Assembly: GCA_964016885.1 (NCBI GenBank)
Contig: OZ024741.1
Location: 360,902,001 to 360,966,000 of the forward strand
Length of the DNA stretch: 64,000 bases
Origin: Eledone cirrhosa
Lineage: Eukaryota
Direction of reading: 5' to 3'
Both the position numbers and the translations under genes were made by a program. Below, one piece after another: positions 1-14,345 of this stretch (positions are counted from its first letter, which is position 1; each line of letters begins with the position of its first letter). Below the pieces are notes generated by a model, which was not told the DNA's origin, made no database searches, and saw nothing but the letters and a program-made list of their open reading frames with translations.

Positions 1-1775
1 CATCTGGGACGGTAGGTCACACCACACGTATTGTTAACTAGGTAATACTAGAGGGTGTCATACCAAAAGAATTGGCAGCAGCATCATTGTCAACTGCTAC
101 AAGGGTAAAGGAGATGCACTAGATAGAGGAAACTATAGAGGTATAAAGCTGATGGACCAGGTCATGAAAGTAACAGAAAGAGTTATAGCACAGTTGATTA
201 GGGACTGGGTAAAACTAGATGAGATGCAGTTTGGGTTTGTGCCAGGAAAACGCACCACTGGTGCTCTCTTCCTTGTGAGGCAGTTATAGGAAAAGTAAGC
301 TGCTCCACCTGGCATTTGTCGATCTGGAAAAAGCCTTTGACAGAGTGCCCCATGCGATAATCTGGTGGGTTCTTAGAAAACTAGGAGTAGATAAATTGCT
401 TGTGAAAGCTGTACAAGCCATGTATAGGGGAGCAGTCAGCAAAGTTAGGGTTAACAATGACTATAGCGAGGAATTTAGCATACAGGTTGGTCTCCACCAG
501 GGCACCATTCTTAGCCCTCTCCTGATTATTATAGTATTGCAGGCGATAACAGAGGAGTTTAAGACCAGATGCCCATGGGAATGATCTTACACTTATAGCT
601 GAATCTATGGCGGAACTAAAGAATTCCAAACATGGAAGCTGGGGTCTCAAAGTCAACCTGACAAAGACTAAGGTCCTTGTAAGTAGACGAGAAAACAGAA
701 CCCAGATCCCCTCAGGGAAGTGCCCTTGCTCAGTATGTAGGAAAGGTGTAGGTAGGAATTCCATTCTCTTCCCCAAATGCAAATAATGGGTACACAAGAG
801 ATGTAGTGGGATCTCAGGAAGCTTAATTAGGAATGTAGGCTTTACATGTAGCAGCTGCACTTGGAAAGTAAGCAGCAAACAGCCACAGGAAACAAGCACT
901 ACAAAACTCTGGGAGGGCTCTGTAGAAACAGTAGACAGCTTCTGCTACCTAGGTGACCAAATTAGCAGCGGAGGTGGGTGTTCTGAAAGTACAGTAACCA
1001 GGGTAAGAATGGGATGGAAGAAGTTCAGGGAGCTACTACCACTGCTAGATGCAAAAGGCTTTTCCATCAAAATGAAAGGCAGACTATGATGCATGCATAC
1101 GAACATCAATGTTACATGGTAGTGAGACCTGAGCACTGTGTGTAGAAGACTTGCGTAGATTAGAAAGAAACGAAGCTTGCATGCTCTGATGGATGTGTAA
1201 TAGTAATATACGTGAATGGCAAAGCATAAACGAATTGAGAGAGAGACTGAGCATAAGAGGAATCAAATGCTGTATGCACAGGAGAGGTCGTTGCTTTGGT
1301 ATGGACATGTGATGCGTATGATGATAGCTGCATAAAAAGGTGCAGAGCACTAAAAGTCGATGGAAGCCATGGGGTGGGGAGACCCAAGAAGACCTGGGAC
1401 AAGGTGATAAAAGCTGACCTTGCCCAATTGCACCTCTCAAAGGCAATTACACATGACCGTGACCTCTTGCGTCACCCAGTAATACAGAAGACCCAACTTC
1501 CCATAGGTACAAGCCGAAGCTGAAGCATATAGACAATATGCCCCCAAGCACCCAACCCATATTGTAAAGTAGGCGCCACGGAAAAAAAGCACCTAGCACT
1601 TACTGTAAATGAGGTTGGTGTTAGGAAGAGCATCCAGCTGTAGAAATCAAGCCAAAATCAGTTCCCGTATGAGCAAGACAAGGTCACCCGACCTGGTATT
1701 GCCCACAACAGGACAACCCGTCTAACCCATGCTAGCGTGGAAAAATGGACGTAAAATGGTGATGATAATGATGAT
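1..1775 (+). mobile_element. Decayed RTE LINE copy (RT half to 3' tail), cut by the window edge
   Basis: Homologous to the 23-26 kb ORF (DLEKAFD, GLHQGTILSP, PHD cysteines, GRPKKTW) with stops and frameshifts; ends in a gatgataatgatgat tail at ~1775. Confidence 0.9.
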
Positions 1776-1920
1776 CCAATGATATAAACATACAATAGCA
1801 AGAGTTGGACAGGTCTACACAGACCAAGTCAGTACTGACGCCAGGCTTCTAATCTCCCAGACAGGTTAGGGATCTGCATCTCACTTATGTACAGTCTCAT
1901 TCTACCGAGTGCACAGAAGA

Positions 1921-2318
1921 TCCTCCCAACCCTTTCTTTGGCAAGCTTTCTACAGCTGGATACCCTTCCTATCACCAACCACTTTACAGCATGTACTCAG
2001 TGTTTATTGCATAGGTCACCAACACTAGGGAGGCTGTCATGTCCTTGACATGACCAAGGGGTCCTCCCAGCCCTTTGTTTCACAGGCTACATGCTTTCTA
2101 TGGCTGGATGCCCTTCCTATCACCACCCATTTTAGAGCATGTACTGGGTGCATTTATCATTGAGATCACCAACACTAAAGAGGCTGTCATGTCCTTGACA
2201 TAAGCGAGGGATCCTCCCAACCTTTTGTTTGGCAGGCTTTCTATGGTTGGATGCCCTTCTTATCACTGACCACTTTACAGTGTGTACTGGGGGCATTTAT
2301 CATTGAGATCACTAGCAC
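1921..2318 (-). repeat. Tandem ~140-150-bp units (about 2.7 copies) related to the RTE/SINE 3' UTR
   Basis: Three starts tcctccca at ~1921, ~2062 and ~2212, each containing a ttctacagctggatgcccttcc-like core shared with RTE 3' UTRs. Confidence 0.75.
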
Positions 2319-3699
2319 AAGACATGACAAAGATTGATGTTGATGTTATTGTTTAGTCCCAAGTCAGTTCTGATCCAACAGACATCTGATAATAAAATGT
2401 GACATTCTTTTCTTATATTTTCCCCATACATAATATATCTAGAACTATATTATTCGATGTACCCTCCTTTTTAAGACAACAGAACATGATTTGAGCAAGA
2501 TATTGTGTTATTTTTAGCAGTGACTGAGAGGATTGTGAGGACAAAGTCCTAAGATATTCCTTCCAGAGGGGTCCTATTAGAAGCAACTGTCTCCAAACAA
2601 TCTGGCTGGATCCTTTAGTGAGATCAAGGGGATGGATGTTATCAAACCATGGTTCAATAACCTCAATCTCACTAAGGGATCCAGCCAGATTGTTTGCACA
2701 GGGAAAAAATTATGTAAAACACTCAAAGAATAACTTAATAATATAACTTTGATTAATACTTTCATTACCATATTTCTAATAAAATGCACTAAGTATTTCA
2801 ATGAATCAAATATACATATACACAGACATTAAATGTTGATGATAGTGATGTGTGTTTCCCTATGTATATGAGACTAGACTAGGCATGGGCAAGCAGTGGG
2901 CCACGTAGGATATGGCGGACCACACTACTAAAATATTCAAGGTAATTTTGGAATTAGATGCGCCATTCAGAAAGCTAAATGGGCTGCAGTTTGCCCATGA
3001 CTGGACTAGACCTAAGACCATGTTGTTGTGAAGCAAATTTAGCCAACATGCTTTTACATGTTTCATGGCTAAATGGCTTTTGTCACCAGAGGAAAATTTG
3101 GCTACAAAGGCAACCACGTAGAGAGATGTTGCTGTACAGCAACACAGATAAGCCTTAGCAAAATCATGACCCTATAAGATCAGATTTATTCCAGCCATTA
3201 TCTTCCAATACCTCTGAGGCTACGTGTAGACTAATGTATTTAAGTTTACATTGTCTAATGTACTCTTCACTATTTTATAAAATGATGTGAGGGAAAGATT
3301 TGACTGCTTTATCCAGCAGGCTGAGAAACTGCTTCTGTAAGTGTTGTATTTTTAACCAAGGGAGGTAGCTCTAGTGTACCTTTATAAAAAAATTCAGAAA
3401 ATATTCAAAAACGTTTATGGAAATGATGCATACAGACATACATCATCATCACTGTTCGTCCATTTTTCCATGCTAGCATGGATTGGACGAGTTCTGTTGT
3501 GAGATAGACCTGGTCAGATGCCCATGTCTTGCTCATACAGAATTGATTTTGGCTAGGTTTCTACATCTGGATGCCGATCCTAACAGTTGTCATTTACTTT
3601 TTATGATTGGGTGTTTTTGTAAGATGTTTTTCATTTTCTTGTCCTTTAGTAAGACAAGTAAGTTCAGTTGTATGTGTGTGTATATTTCTTTGTTCTTTG

Positions 3700-4455
3700 G
3701 AATAAAAGTTGAAATTTATGGTGACCTTTTTTCTTGTTTATCGGAGTGTTTGGATATTGATTTGATTTGCTTACTATTGTTGATTAAATTCTGAGGATAT
3801 TCTCTCTTGATAAGTAATTGTTTCATCTCTTGTCTTTGGTTGTTGGGTTTGAGACTATTTTACAGATTTGCTTGGTCAAGTTAAAAGGGATGTTGGTACA
3901 GGTATGTGATGGATGAGATGTAAAGAGGAGGTATTGTTGGGAATCACTAGGTTTGAAATATATGTCAGTTTATAAAGTTCCGTTTCTTTTTGTTACTAAG
4001 ATATCTAAAAATGGAAGTTTTGTATTGATAAAATTCATATTCTGGTTTATGTCATTGAGGGTTTGAAATTTCTTTAGTTGGTCAAGATTCTCCATCCACA
4101 ATATGAAGCAGTCGTCCAAGTACCTCTTCCAGTATTCTTTTATGTAGTTGCTGAAATTATTCTCATGAATTTGTTTGTTTGTGTACATTTGTAATTCATT
4201 GTATCCCATGACTAGGTTGGCATATGCTGGTGCAACTTTTGTCCCTCCCCCGTGGCTGTTCCCAATTTCTGTCGGTAAGCTATTTCATCGAACGTGAAAT
4301 AATTGTTTTTTTTAAGCTTAATTCAAGTTCATCTACAATGAAATTCTTATTGAAATGGTTGGGTAGTTCATAAGGGAATGAGTCCAGCTAGTATTTGATG
4401 GGTTTGATTCCGTAAATGTTACTGTATAGGTTCACAACATCAAATGAGACTATTC
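3700..4455 (-). mobile_element. Penelope-like element (PLE) reverse transcriptase remnant
   Basis: Minus-strand translations VSFDVVNLYSNI, GTKVAPAYANLVMG, WKRYLDDCF, LPFLDI and YFKP are typical PLE RT motifs; frameshifted. Confidence 0.85.
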
Positions 4456-6208
4456 AAGGCCAAGTTACTGCCAGAAAAAAAAGGAATAAAAATAAAAACA
4501 ACAAAGATAAAACAACAAAACACCTAATATGTAACAAAGTAGTTTATTGACATTTGTATTCACATGTTTCCAAAACACACAAGCAATTTGGTAAGATGGA
4601 AGCAGTCTATTTACAATTGACACTGCATTGTACATCAAAACTTGAGAGGAGCAGGCATTAAACAAAGAAAAAAAGTGATATAATTCTAATTAAAAACAAA
4701 AAGATGTAAAAAAAAAAAAAAAAAAAATTTAAATCAAATTTTTTTTTAAATGATTGATTGTTTCAGAATTGAGTTTCCATGTTTAAAATTTCATAATTAT
4801 TTTATTGAAGATATGAGTAATCTCATTTCTCCATAAAAATTTATTTTAATCTCAATTTTCTTTTATATTTCTTGTATATCATCAATATTATTATTATTCA
4901 TTTATTTATTTTATGTGTGTGATTATCATTTTTATATATATATATTTTTAACTCTCTCTTTTAGAAAAGAAATATTATTTTAGTATTTACAGCATTTCAT
5001 GTCAGCTTGAGTCAGCCATGTAAAGAACGAGATTAAATGTTTTCAAAAAAAAAAAAAAAAAAAAAAAGATGGTTGTCCTAATGAAGAAAAAAAATAAAAA
5101 TAAAATGAAATGAAATGAAATGTAAGCTGTTGGAGACAAAAGGAAAAAAAAAAAAATAAAGCAAAATGTTTAAATGTTTGCAATGCCTTTGAATTAAGAA
5201 GCTGGGACTACAAAAGGATTAAGACACGCACCAACAGCATAGATGGAAATAGGACACTCAATGAATTAAGATGGAAAATAAAGGTTATTGTGGAAAAAAA
5301 ATTCCGGATATAAAGGTAGGTGTGTGTGTGTCAACTACAGTATTCTCAAGACTATAAACTTTTCAGATTATTAACTTCAATTTTAGATGAAAACATTTTA
5401 AATTACATTCTTTTATTGGTTTTAGTCATTAGATTGCAGCCATGCTGGAGCACCACTTTAAAATGAAAATGTTTAATAAGAAGACTCCTGGCAGAGATCA
5501 AACCCACTACCGATGTATTGTGATTGTGTTGTTTCAAACACCTTACCAACTAAGCCATCAAGGCAACAACAATGTTTACATTACATTCTGCTCAATTTCA
5601 TTTCCAATAAAAACTTATGTCAGTTGGAAATAAAACCCATTGAAATGTAGTATATACGTAGATATTTATAAAATAAATAGTTTAGTCTAAAAATGAAGTT
5701 AATAGTCCAAAAATTATTATCTTATTAACTCTTAATGTTTTGTAATGATTTCGCAGAAAATATCTAAAAAATAGGTTTGTTCATTAAAATGTTTATAGTG
5801 TCTTTATTAGTCAACAGGTCAATATGAAATTTTGCAATATTTAATTTTCAATGTGATGCAATCATAGTGCTGTTTTCTACTTTTCAAGAATGTCTTGCTA
5901 ATGCAGTCTCATGTGGTACAGGACATTAAGATTTAACTATTAGAACAATACATCCTTGTAATTTTATTTCAGAATATTCTATTTTCGTCTAATAGGAAGG
6001 AAACTGATCATTAGATCGAACTGAAGAAACTATGTTTCTATTGGTCTTTTCATTGTGAAAACTATCTGCTGTCCACAAATCTTGGCAGATGAAAGTGAGA
6101 TTTTTATTGAGAACATACAAAGCAACATCAGATACTGCAAACATACTAATAAACAGCGTAAAAAATTTATAAAGAACTATAAACTACTTTATATGTTATA
6201 TGTGTGTA

Positions 6209-6248
<40 letters not shown>

Positions 6249-8009
6249 TATATATATATATATATATATAAAAACATTTAAAAAAAACAACTTAATTCTG
6301 AACAAAAACAAAAGTATTTCTCTAAGAGAACATATATATATATATATATATATATATTTGTGTTATGTGTGTGTTGTAAGAGGTGACTAGAAGAGTTGGT
6401 GCCAAGAAAGGCATAAGGCCATAAAACATTGACCTGCTCTTGTATGGAAATTAGTTTCAAATTGCTTGACTATATATGGATATATATGTTTTTTCATAGA
6501 ATTGTGTGAGGGTGTGTGAGAGTGATAGCAATGTAATAAATTTAAGGATCAGCCACATCATAGTCCACCCTCTTCAATAGCAACATGGACCCTAAAGAAT
6601 CCATTTATATCAGTTTTATTAATAGCAATATAGGGCTTGTATGGTGCACAAAACCTTTATTAGTAAATTGTTGTTATCATTATTATTCAAAATAACTCAA
6701 CATAAAACACAGCTAAATTTGTTCATGTCCCTGATAGAAAGTTTATGATCTGAGGATTATGGTAGCTTTGCTTCAAAGAAAACCCATTCTGCTGCCCACT
6801 TCATATACAATGCTGTATTAAAAGGATTAAAAATAAAATCCTAATCTGCTATATACAAACAATTTTATATCTAAAAAAGAAAAAAAAAAAATCATATTTA
6901 GATGAAAAATATAGAAAAAAATTGAGGGGGATTTACAGTTTGCAAATTTTTTATTTTATTTTTTTTATTATTTTTTTTTTTTTTTTACTTTACTGTCTTC
7001 CAATCAAATATTTAAGGTGTGAAAGGAACTGAACAAACATCACCACCAACAGTACTACAGCACTAACTTTAATGTTAATCCTAAGTCTTTTAGATATGAC
7101 TAATAATATCAATAATGACAGGAATTGGGAGAGAGGAGGTGATATTAACCTTATGAGGCTTAGAAGGATGACAGGCAAAGGCAAAGTTGACCTCAGAATG
7201 TAGAGAGACAACAAATACCACAGCATTTTGTCTGATGCTCTAATGATTCTGCCAATACACAACCTTTACAATAATGATAATAACAATAATAATGATTTCT
7301 GCTTTAGGCACAAGGCCAGTAATTTAGAGGAGGGGAAAATCAATTAAATTGAACCCTAGTACTTGACTGGTATTTGAACTACAAAACTAACTGGTAGAAC
7401 TATGATGAGAAACTCCACAATGCCAAGACACAAAACACAGGAACTAATTTGCCATTGCAGCCACTGATGCAAAATAGTTAAAATGACAGGGAAATTAACC
7501 ATCCAGTAAGACTTAGAAAATTAACCTATTGACCCCATTCACAATTTACATTTAAAAAAAGGTCAAGAAGACTCTTTAGTTGTATCAAGAGCATAACAGC
7601 CTCTCTAGTGTTGGAGGCAATATACATACCCAGTAGACACTGTAAAGTGATTAGTGAAAGGAAAGGCATCCAGCCATAGAAAACTTACTAGACAAAAGGT
7701 CAGGACTCTTTAGTTGGTGCCACAATAAAATGTAGCCAATGTGCTGTTGAGTGCAGGAGCATAAGGTTGTTTGTTAAGAAAATATAAGGGTTTCCATAAT
7801 TAGGTAAAGGATTATACCAAGATCTAGCTCAGTATCTAAATAGTGACCATCTAACTCATTACTGTATGTGTTTATATATATATTTATAAAGTACACTGAA
7901 AAGAGGACTCAATACTAAGATAATAGTGTGAATGTGTGTTTATGTATGTATAATAATAGATATGCATATATTATATACATACATTCTCTTCAACTAGCTT
8001 TGTAAATCA

Positions 8010-8040
<31 letters not shown>

Positions 8041-9721
8041 TGGTGTATGTAATCCAGTGAATTACAGGTGGTAGTACCAATATGAGCACTTGATGTTGAA
8101 GTTGGTTCCAGAACTTCCAAAGGGTGATCCTCAATCTGTGAAACGCACGTAACAGGTCAAAACAATAAAAACATAAATACATGTAAATGAAACTTTTCTT
8201 ATTATTTAAATATATATAATATATATATATTCATATTATATATTTCTCAAAACAGTTGCATGCTACCTAAGGTTTCAAAGCCTACTGTAACATAGGTAAT
8301 AGGTAAGTGTTGTTTATCTTCCAGGCAGTATCAATAGCTCCATACTAACATAGAATGTTCTTTTTACTTTATCTATTCTGCAGAACTCTTGGCACTATAT
8401 ATATATTATACTGTACCGATTGTGTTGTTATTTCTGTTTACCTTTCTCTCTCACACACACACATACACACACGCAGTTTCGTTCACAAGTACGTGTAAAC
8501 GAAAACTTCAGTTTTCTAATATACACTGCCTGTGCATTGAGTGCTCATATTGGTACCACCACCATACACACACACACATATATATATATACACCTTACAT
8601 ATAAACACACACACATATATATAATCTGAAACGTCTGTGTCTTCACAAATAATAAATCATATTTGCTTACTGAATTTCAATCATATTTAATAAATGTTGC
8701 AATTATAAAACTTTCACAGTTCAAATTTGTTTAATTTTAGGTGTTATTGACATTTAAATTTACTGATAATTTTGGTTATATTTACCAAAATTTCTTGTAA
8801 GGTATGTAGTTGTTTCCAATCTCTCCTAACATTAACTGTTGATACCAAAACTGCCTCAAAATCAACCCTGATTCTATGATATTAAGCTGTATATCTTTTA
8901 GTGTTAAAACTTTCCATCATAATTTTATGTAAGAATCTTTTAGTTATGTTCCAAACCCCAACCTAATGATGATTATTTTCAAAATTATTTGAAAATCATA
9001 GACAGTATCTTTCATTGGAAATATAGTTAATAGTGTGATTAGTTTGAAATGGATCAGGTCAGCTTCATATGATACCCACTTCATAGAACATATAATGGTT
9101 TCTAATTTAGACACAAGGCCAGCAACTTTATGGAGAATGGAAAAGGCAGAGAATATTGACCCCAGTATTTGACTGGTACTTTAACGGCAAAATTGTTCTC
9201 AGTGTGATTTGTACTCAGAATATAAAGAGCCAGAACAAATAGTGTAAAATATTTTGTCCAATGCTCTAACAATTTCACCAATCCATTGCTCTAAAAAATA
9301 AATAAAAATAGATAAGGAACATCTCCAGTGAAAAAAACTATGTATATACATAGTATGACAATATAGGAAAGCTTCAGCTGGCCATGTTGATAGAATGTTG
9401 CATAGAAAGCAGTAAGAATCCCAGCTAATATCCCACTATTAGATATGATCAAGACATTTCACTGATTCTCAAAACAAACCAGTCCACCTAGATGTAAACA
9501 ATTGCATATACATAATTTTATGTCACTTGTCTCTTTCCTTTGCCATCTCCTTTCTGAGGTTCAGTACTCAGGGATTTGCCATTGCCAACTCTGCCTTAAG
9601 AGAAACAAAACTCAATAAAAGGGTAGAATGGTATATAATTTATGTTATTATAGCTGTGAAGCTATACTAGTTACTCAAGGGCCAGAAGTTGTGTGTAAAG
9701 TGCAACCAAAATACAATAAAT

Positions 9722-9760
<39 letters not shown>

Positions 9761-10916
9761 TGAAGCGTAAGAAAGGATTTGTCAAGAACAAATAATTGTT
9801 TCTACTTTAGGCACAAGGCCAGCAATTACCCAAACAAATAATATCAGTTATCTATGTTCCCAACCTTTCCAAATAAACAGACACCGGTAGCTATAGGCTT
9901 ATATTTGCACCAACTGAACTGAGTGAGTATTATAACAATTATAATACATCTCTCCACCAGAGTAGTATGTGTGGGAGTAGCATGATGCCATGCCAACAGT
10001 GGTTCAGATTTAGAGTCCAACAACATAGTTGTTTTTATTGATGTTTAGCACCAATTCAGTCATGATCCTGTAGACCTATGATCAAAAGCATTCCAACCAT
10101 GACCACCTATCATCTTTTTCTTTTTCAGAATATATTGTACCTAGAACTGCATTTTTTCTGTGTCCTCCTTTTCTAAGACAGCAGGGTGTGATTTGAGGAA
10201 GATTTGGCTGCTATTTCTAGCAGGGTTTGCAATTATATTGCTCAATTAGTAAATATGAAAGACATATCAGAACAAAAATGTCTTCTATCACAGACAGAAC
10301 CCTCTGCTTGGAGCAGGATGAGGGTGACAAAACAAACAAATGTTAAATATCTCAATATGAGATGGTAAATTGGATTCTAAAATGAAATTCCTTTTGTCTT
10401 GCTTACACATACAGAAAGAGTAGCAAAGTTGATGACATACAGACATTGAAGTGTATAAGCAAGAAGGAAAGTACTGAATATATTAAAGAGTGTGTGTATA
10501 TTTTATTAGAAGTCGGCAATTCTTCAACTGAACTTTGAGTTTCCCCTTTCCAATTGTTTAAACGGACAAGAAATTTTAGTTTCAAATTTTCAACGCACAT
10601 ACAGACATGAGCACATACACATACATATATTATGAAAATTAATTGCTCTACATTACTTGTATTGAGTTCATTAATGTATAAGTGATCTACCTAATTCTAG
10701 GATTAAACTACCCTATGAACTGTATATATATATTCCATGTGCATCCTAGCTTTTAGAACAGACACACCCTATCACTACGCGTCGTATGAGGTTAATGAAA
10801 AGAGTTGGCGTCAGGAAGAGCATCTGGCTGTAAAACATTGTCACAAAAATTCCAACCCATGCCACCATAGAAAAGTGGACATAAAAACATGATTTTATAT
10901 ATATATATATATAATA

Positions 10917-10950
10917 TTTTGGAATGGCTAAAGGGATCTTCCACAATGTA

Positions 10951-10986
<36 letters not shown>

Positions 10987-11020
10987 TACATTGTGGAAGA
11001 TCCCTTTAGCCATTTCAAAA
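10917..11020. repeat. Near-perfect 104-bp palindrome centred on (TA)n
   Basis: 40-bp arms with one mismatch flanking a self-complementary (TA)n core. Confidence 0.92.
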
Positions 11021-11710
11021 CGCACAAAAATTGTTAGCTATATATATTCCCTGACATCGATATTTTCATTGCACCGTTTGCGACCTGGTCACTGACACCA
11101 GTTTCACTACAATATATATACCTCAATGGAAAATATGTGAAAGCCAAATTTCAATAACTTCTTTTATTGAGGTATTTAACATCGTTCCTGTACCCCCTTC
11201 CCACAAGATACCACATCTATCATGGAAAATACACATGTTGAGTGCTTTTACCTCATTACACCACAATATGTAGATCAGAATGACTGGTTCACAAACCCAG
11301 CTACCTATTAGTAAAACCATACAGCATAAAGAAAAAACAAATATATATATATATCATCATCGTTTAACGTCCATCTTCCATGCTAGCATGGGTTTGGCAT
11401 ATATATAACGAAGGAGTTGATAGCCGTCAAAACGGCTTGAGCTCTGCCGTCGGGGTCATACATTTTCCTATATATATATATAATATACATGCACATAAAT
11501 TTGTATTGGTTTCTGCTTCTGTCTGTGGCCATGACCTGAGCTACCTCCAGCATATATTCATATATTCAAAAGTTAGATCAATTCAAACCCAAGTTGAAAT
11601 GTATGTAACTCTAGAGAGTGTGCTGATATCAGACATGACAGGTTACACTGAAGATATGGCCAATATGATGTACACAGAATAGATTGGAATTAATCTCACA
11701 AGCATATCAT

Positions 11711-11758
11711 GAGAGAGAGAGAGAGACAGAGAGACAGAGAGAGAGACAGAGAGAGAGA

Positions 11759-11855
<97 letters not shown>

Positions 11856-11892
11856 GAGGAGAGAGAGAGAGAGAAAGAGGAGAGAGAGAAAA

Positions 11893-11929
<37 letters not shown>

Positions 11930-12064
11930 AAGAAAGAGAGAGAGAGAAAGAAAGAGAGATAAAGAAAGAGAGAGAAAGAGAGAGAGAGAGAGAGAAAGAA
12001 AGAGAGAGAGAGAAAGAAAGAGAGAGAGAGAAAGAAAGAGAGAGAGAGAAAGAAAGAGAGAGAG
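11711..12064. repeat. Compound (GA)n/(GAAA)n microsatellite
   Basis: Direct reading; source of the RE-rich and LS-rich spurious ORFs. Confidence 0.97.
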
Positions 12065-12478
12065 ATATGAATTACAAAAAAAGATTGACAACAAAAATAG
12101 AATTAGAGACTTTGCACTGTTTCACATTTTCCAAAGTTTCACTAACTGGAATTTCAAATTTAATTAAAGTAACTAAAATAAATCTAAAAGAAAAATAAAC
12201 ATCATCTGTTAATATTGTCTTTGTAGAGTTGCTTTTTGGAGGGATTGTAAGATACATACACACGTGTACAATATATTATACATAATATATATATATTCAA
12301 ATGATTTGACATTAAGTCAGCAAGGTGAATAGCAATGACAAACATTAGCAATAGAGAAATAAACATTTAAATAGAGTTTGTTTTTAGAGAAATATCTTTG
12401 ATTCTGATATTCTGCAAAGGTTGTGTTTTTATTTTTTTAAATATTTTTCTTGTTTTGTTCCTTTTGAGAGAGAGCGAG

Positions 12479-12481
<3 letters not shown>

Positions 12482-12546
<65 letters not shown>
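12482..12546. repeat. (GT)n microsatellite
   Basis: Direct reading. Confidence 0.97.
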
Positions 12547-12549
<3 letters not shown>

Positions 12550-13869
12550 GAAGAGAAAGAGAGAGAGAATATAGATATATATATATATATAGGAAAAGGT
12601 TAAAAATATAAAGTTTTATTTCATATCTTAGAGGAAACATTTTCTTTTTACTTTACTTTAAGGTTTTCTTTAAATTAGAGTAAAGGTGATTAATACAGCA
12701 GGCTATTATTGGTTGAGAGAGAAGCGGACCCCGTTAATGCGAACATGGATTAGTTTCAAGATGGAATGACCTCTGCTTCTGTAGAAAACAAAATAAATAA
12801 ATAAATAAATTAAAAATAACAAAACCTTGAAACCTCGTAAAACATATAGGGATTGTTAAAAATTTTATATAGAGAATAGAATTATATTTTAATGATTTTT
12901 AAGATTGGCACAAGGCCAACAATTTGTGAGGAGAGGAAAGTTGATAATATCAACTTCAGTACTTTCCTATTACTTTATTTTATCGACCCCAGAAGAATGA
13001 AAGGCAAAGTTGACCTTGGTATGATTTGAACTCAGAATGTAAAGGACCAAGAGTGTAAATAATTTTATCTAACATTCTAATGATTCTGCCAATCCACCTC
13101 ACTTACTTGATAATTGTTTCTACTTTTGGCACAAGGCCAGCAATTATCCCAGTACATTGCTGGTACTTTATTTTATCAACCCTGTAAGGATGAAAGACAA
13201 AGTGAACCTCAGCAGGATTTGAACTCAGATCATAAAGGGGCATAACTATGCTGCAAAGCATGGCGTCCGACCCTCTACCGATAACTGCCAATCCCCCACC
13301 TTGATAATAATATATCTTAATGATCATTTTTTCATGAGCCATGGAACATTGCTGGGATCAGGATGTGATGAAAAACAGAGTAACAGCCAATACTGGCAGC
13401 AGGGTACAAACTTAGAAACCATTAACTATCAGTTCAGCCACTTGAGCATAGCTCAGTGGTTCCCAACCCAAGATCCGCAATCCCCAGGGGTATGACTGGA
13501 GGTTTGTGAGCTAAGTTCAAAATTTTAAGTACTGTGTTAAAAATAATGTACACACACACTCTATTGGATAGCCATTCTTTGGTATTCCCATTGCATAACA
13601 ATCTGAGAAGAGAGTAATTGTAGTGGAGGGAGGGAGTTCATCCATGAGAAGATTCATTTAAATAAAAGGAGTTCTTAAGGTTGGGAACCACTTTCATAGT
13701 TAAACATGAAACCTGGTCCATTTTGTATGTAACAGTGTTTTATATGTATTTCCCTACCTCATAGCTGAATTGGCCATATCAGGATTTGAAATAAATTCAG
13801 AGAGGCACAAAACTGTATACTACAAATGATCTGGTTTAGTATTATAAAATTCATACCAACTCCATTACA

Positions 13870-14345
13870 ACAAGCAAAATAGAGTAACTGCAGAATATGT
13901 GGAGGTTGGAAAGAAACAATTAACCATGTCTCTCTGGCTGCCCAATACTAGTAAAGAAAGAATACATCTACAAGCACGGCATAAATGGTGCCTTACATAT
14001 ACCGGACATTTTGCCAGTATTATGAAATACCATCAAAAAGGAGGCGTTATAAAGCATACACTAGAAAAGGTCTCAAAAATAACAGAGTGATCACGCTCTT
14101 GGATATACCAAGATACACTAACAGGGAGATCAAGGCTAATTGACCAGATGTTGTCAAGAACCACCAGGAAAGGAAGTACCTCTTAAAGTATCAGCACTAT
14201 AAGTTATCTCTCAAAGAAATGGAGAAATTATCCAAATATAAAGATCTGGAAATATAGATAACCTGAATACAGGAACTGAAAACAGAAACAATCCTTATAA
14301 TAATAGGTGGCTTAGGAAAGATAAAATACCAAACAGACAAATGCA
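13870..14345 (+). mobile_element. Decayed R4/Dong-like (RLE endonuclease) non-LTR retrotransposon C-terminal fragment
   Basis: Degenerate pieces resembling Y..RH, HT.REIKAN.PDVV and KLSKYKDLEI...LKTETI.IIIGGLG, typical of R4-type RLE domains. Confidence 0.65.

Noticed and set aside
1-40. First RTE copy begins at about the same RT position as the 42204 and 53101 truncations
   Set aside because: Position 1 is the window edge, not a biological breakpoint; two real truncations are too few to claim a hotspot.
10403-10600. 65-aa ORF with a hydrophobic C-terminus
   Set aside because: No recognisable motif or convincing splice context; expected by chance in AT-rich DNA.
11684-12167. RE-rich and LS-rich ORFs up to 152 aa
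   Set aside because: Translations of the (GA)n microsatellite.
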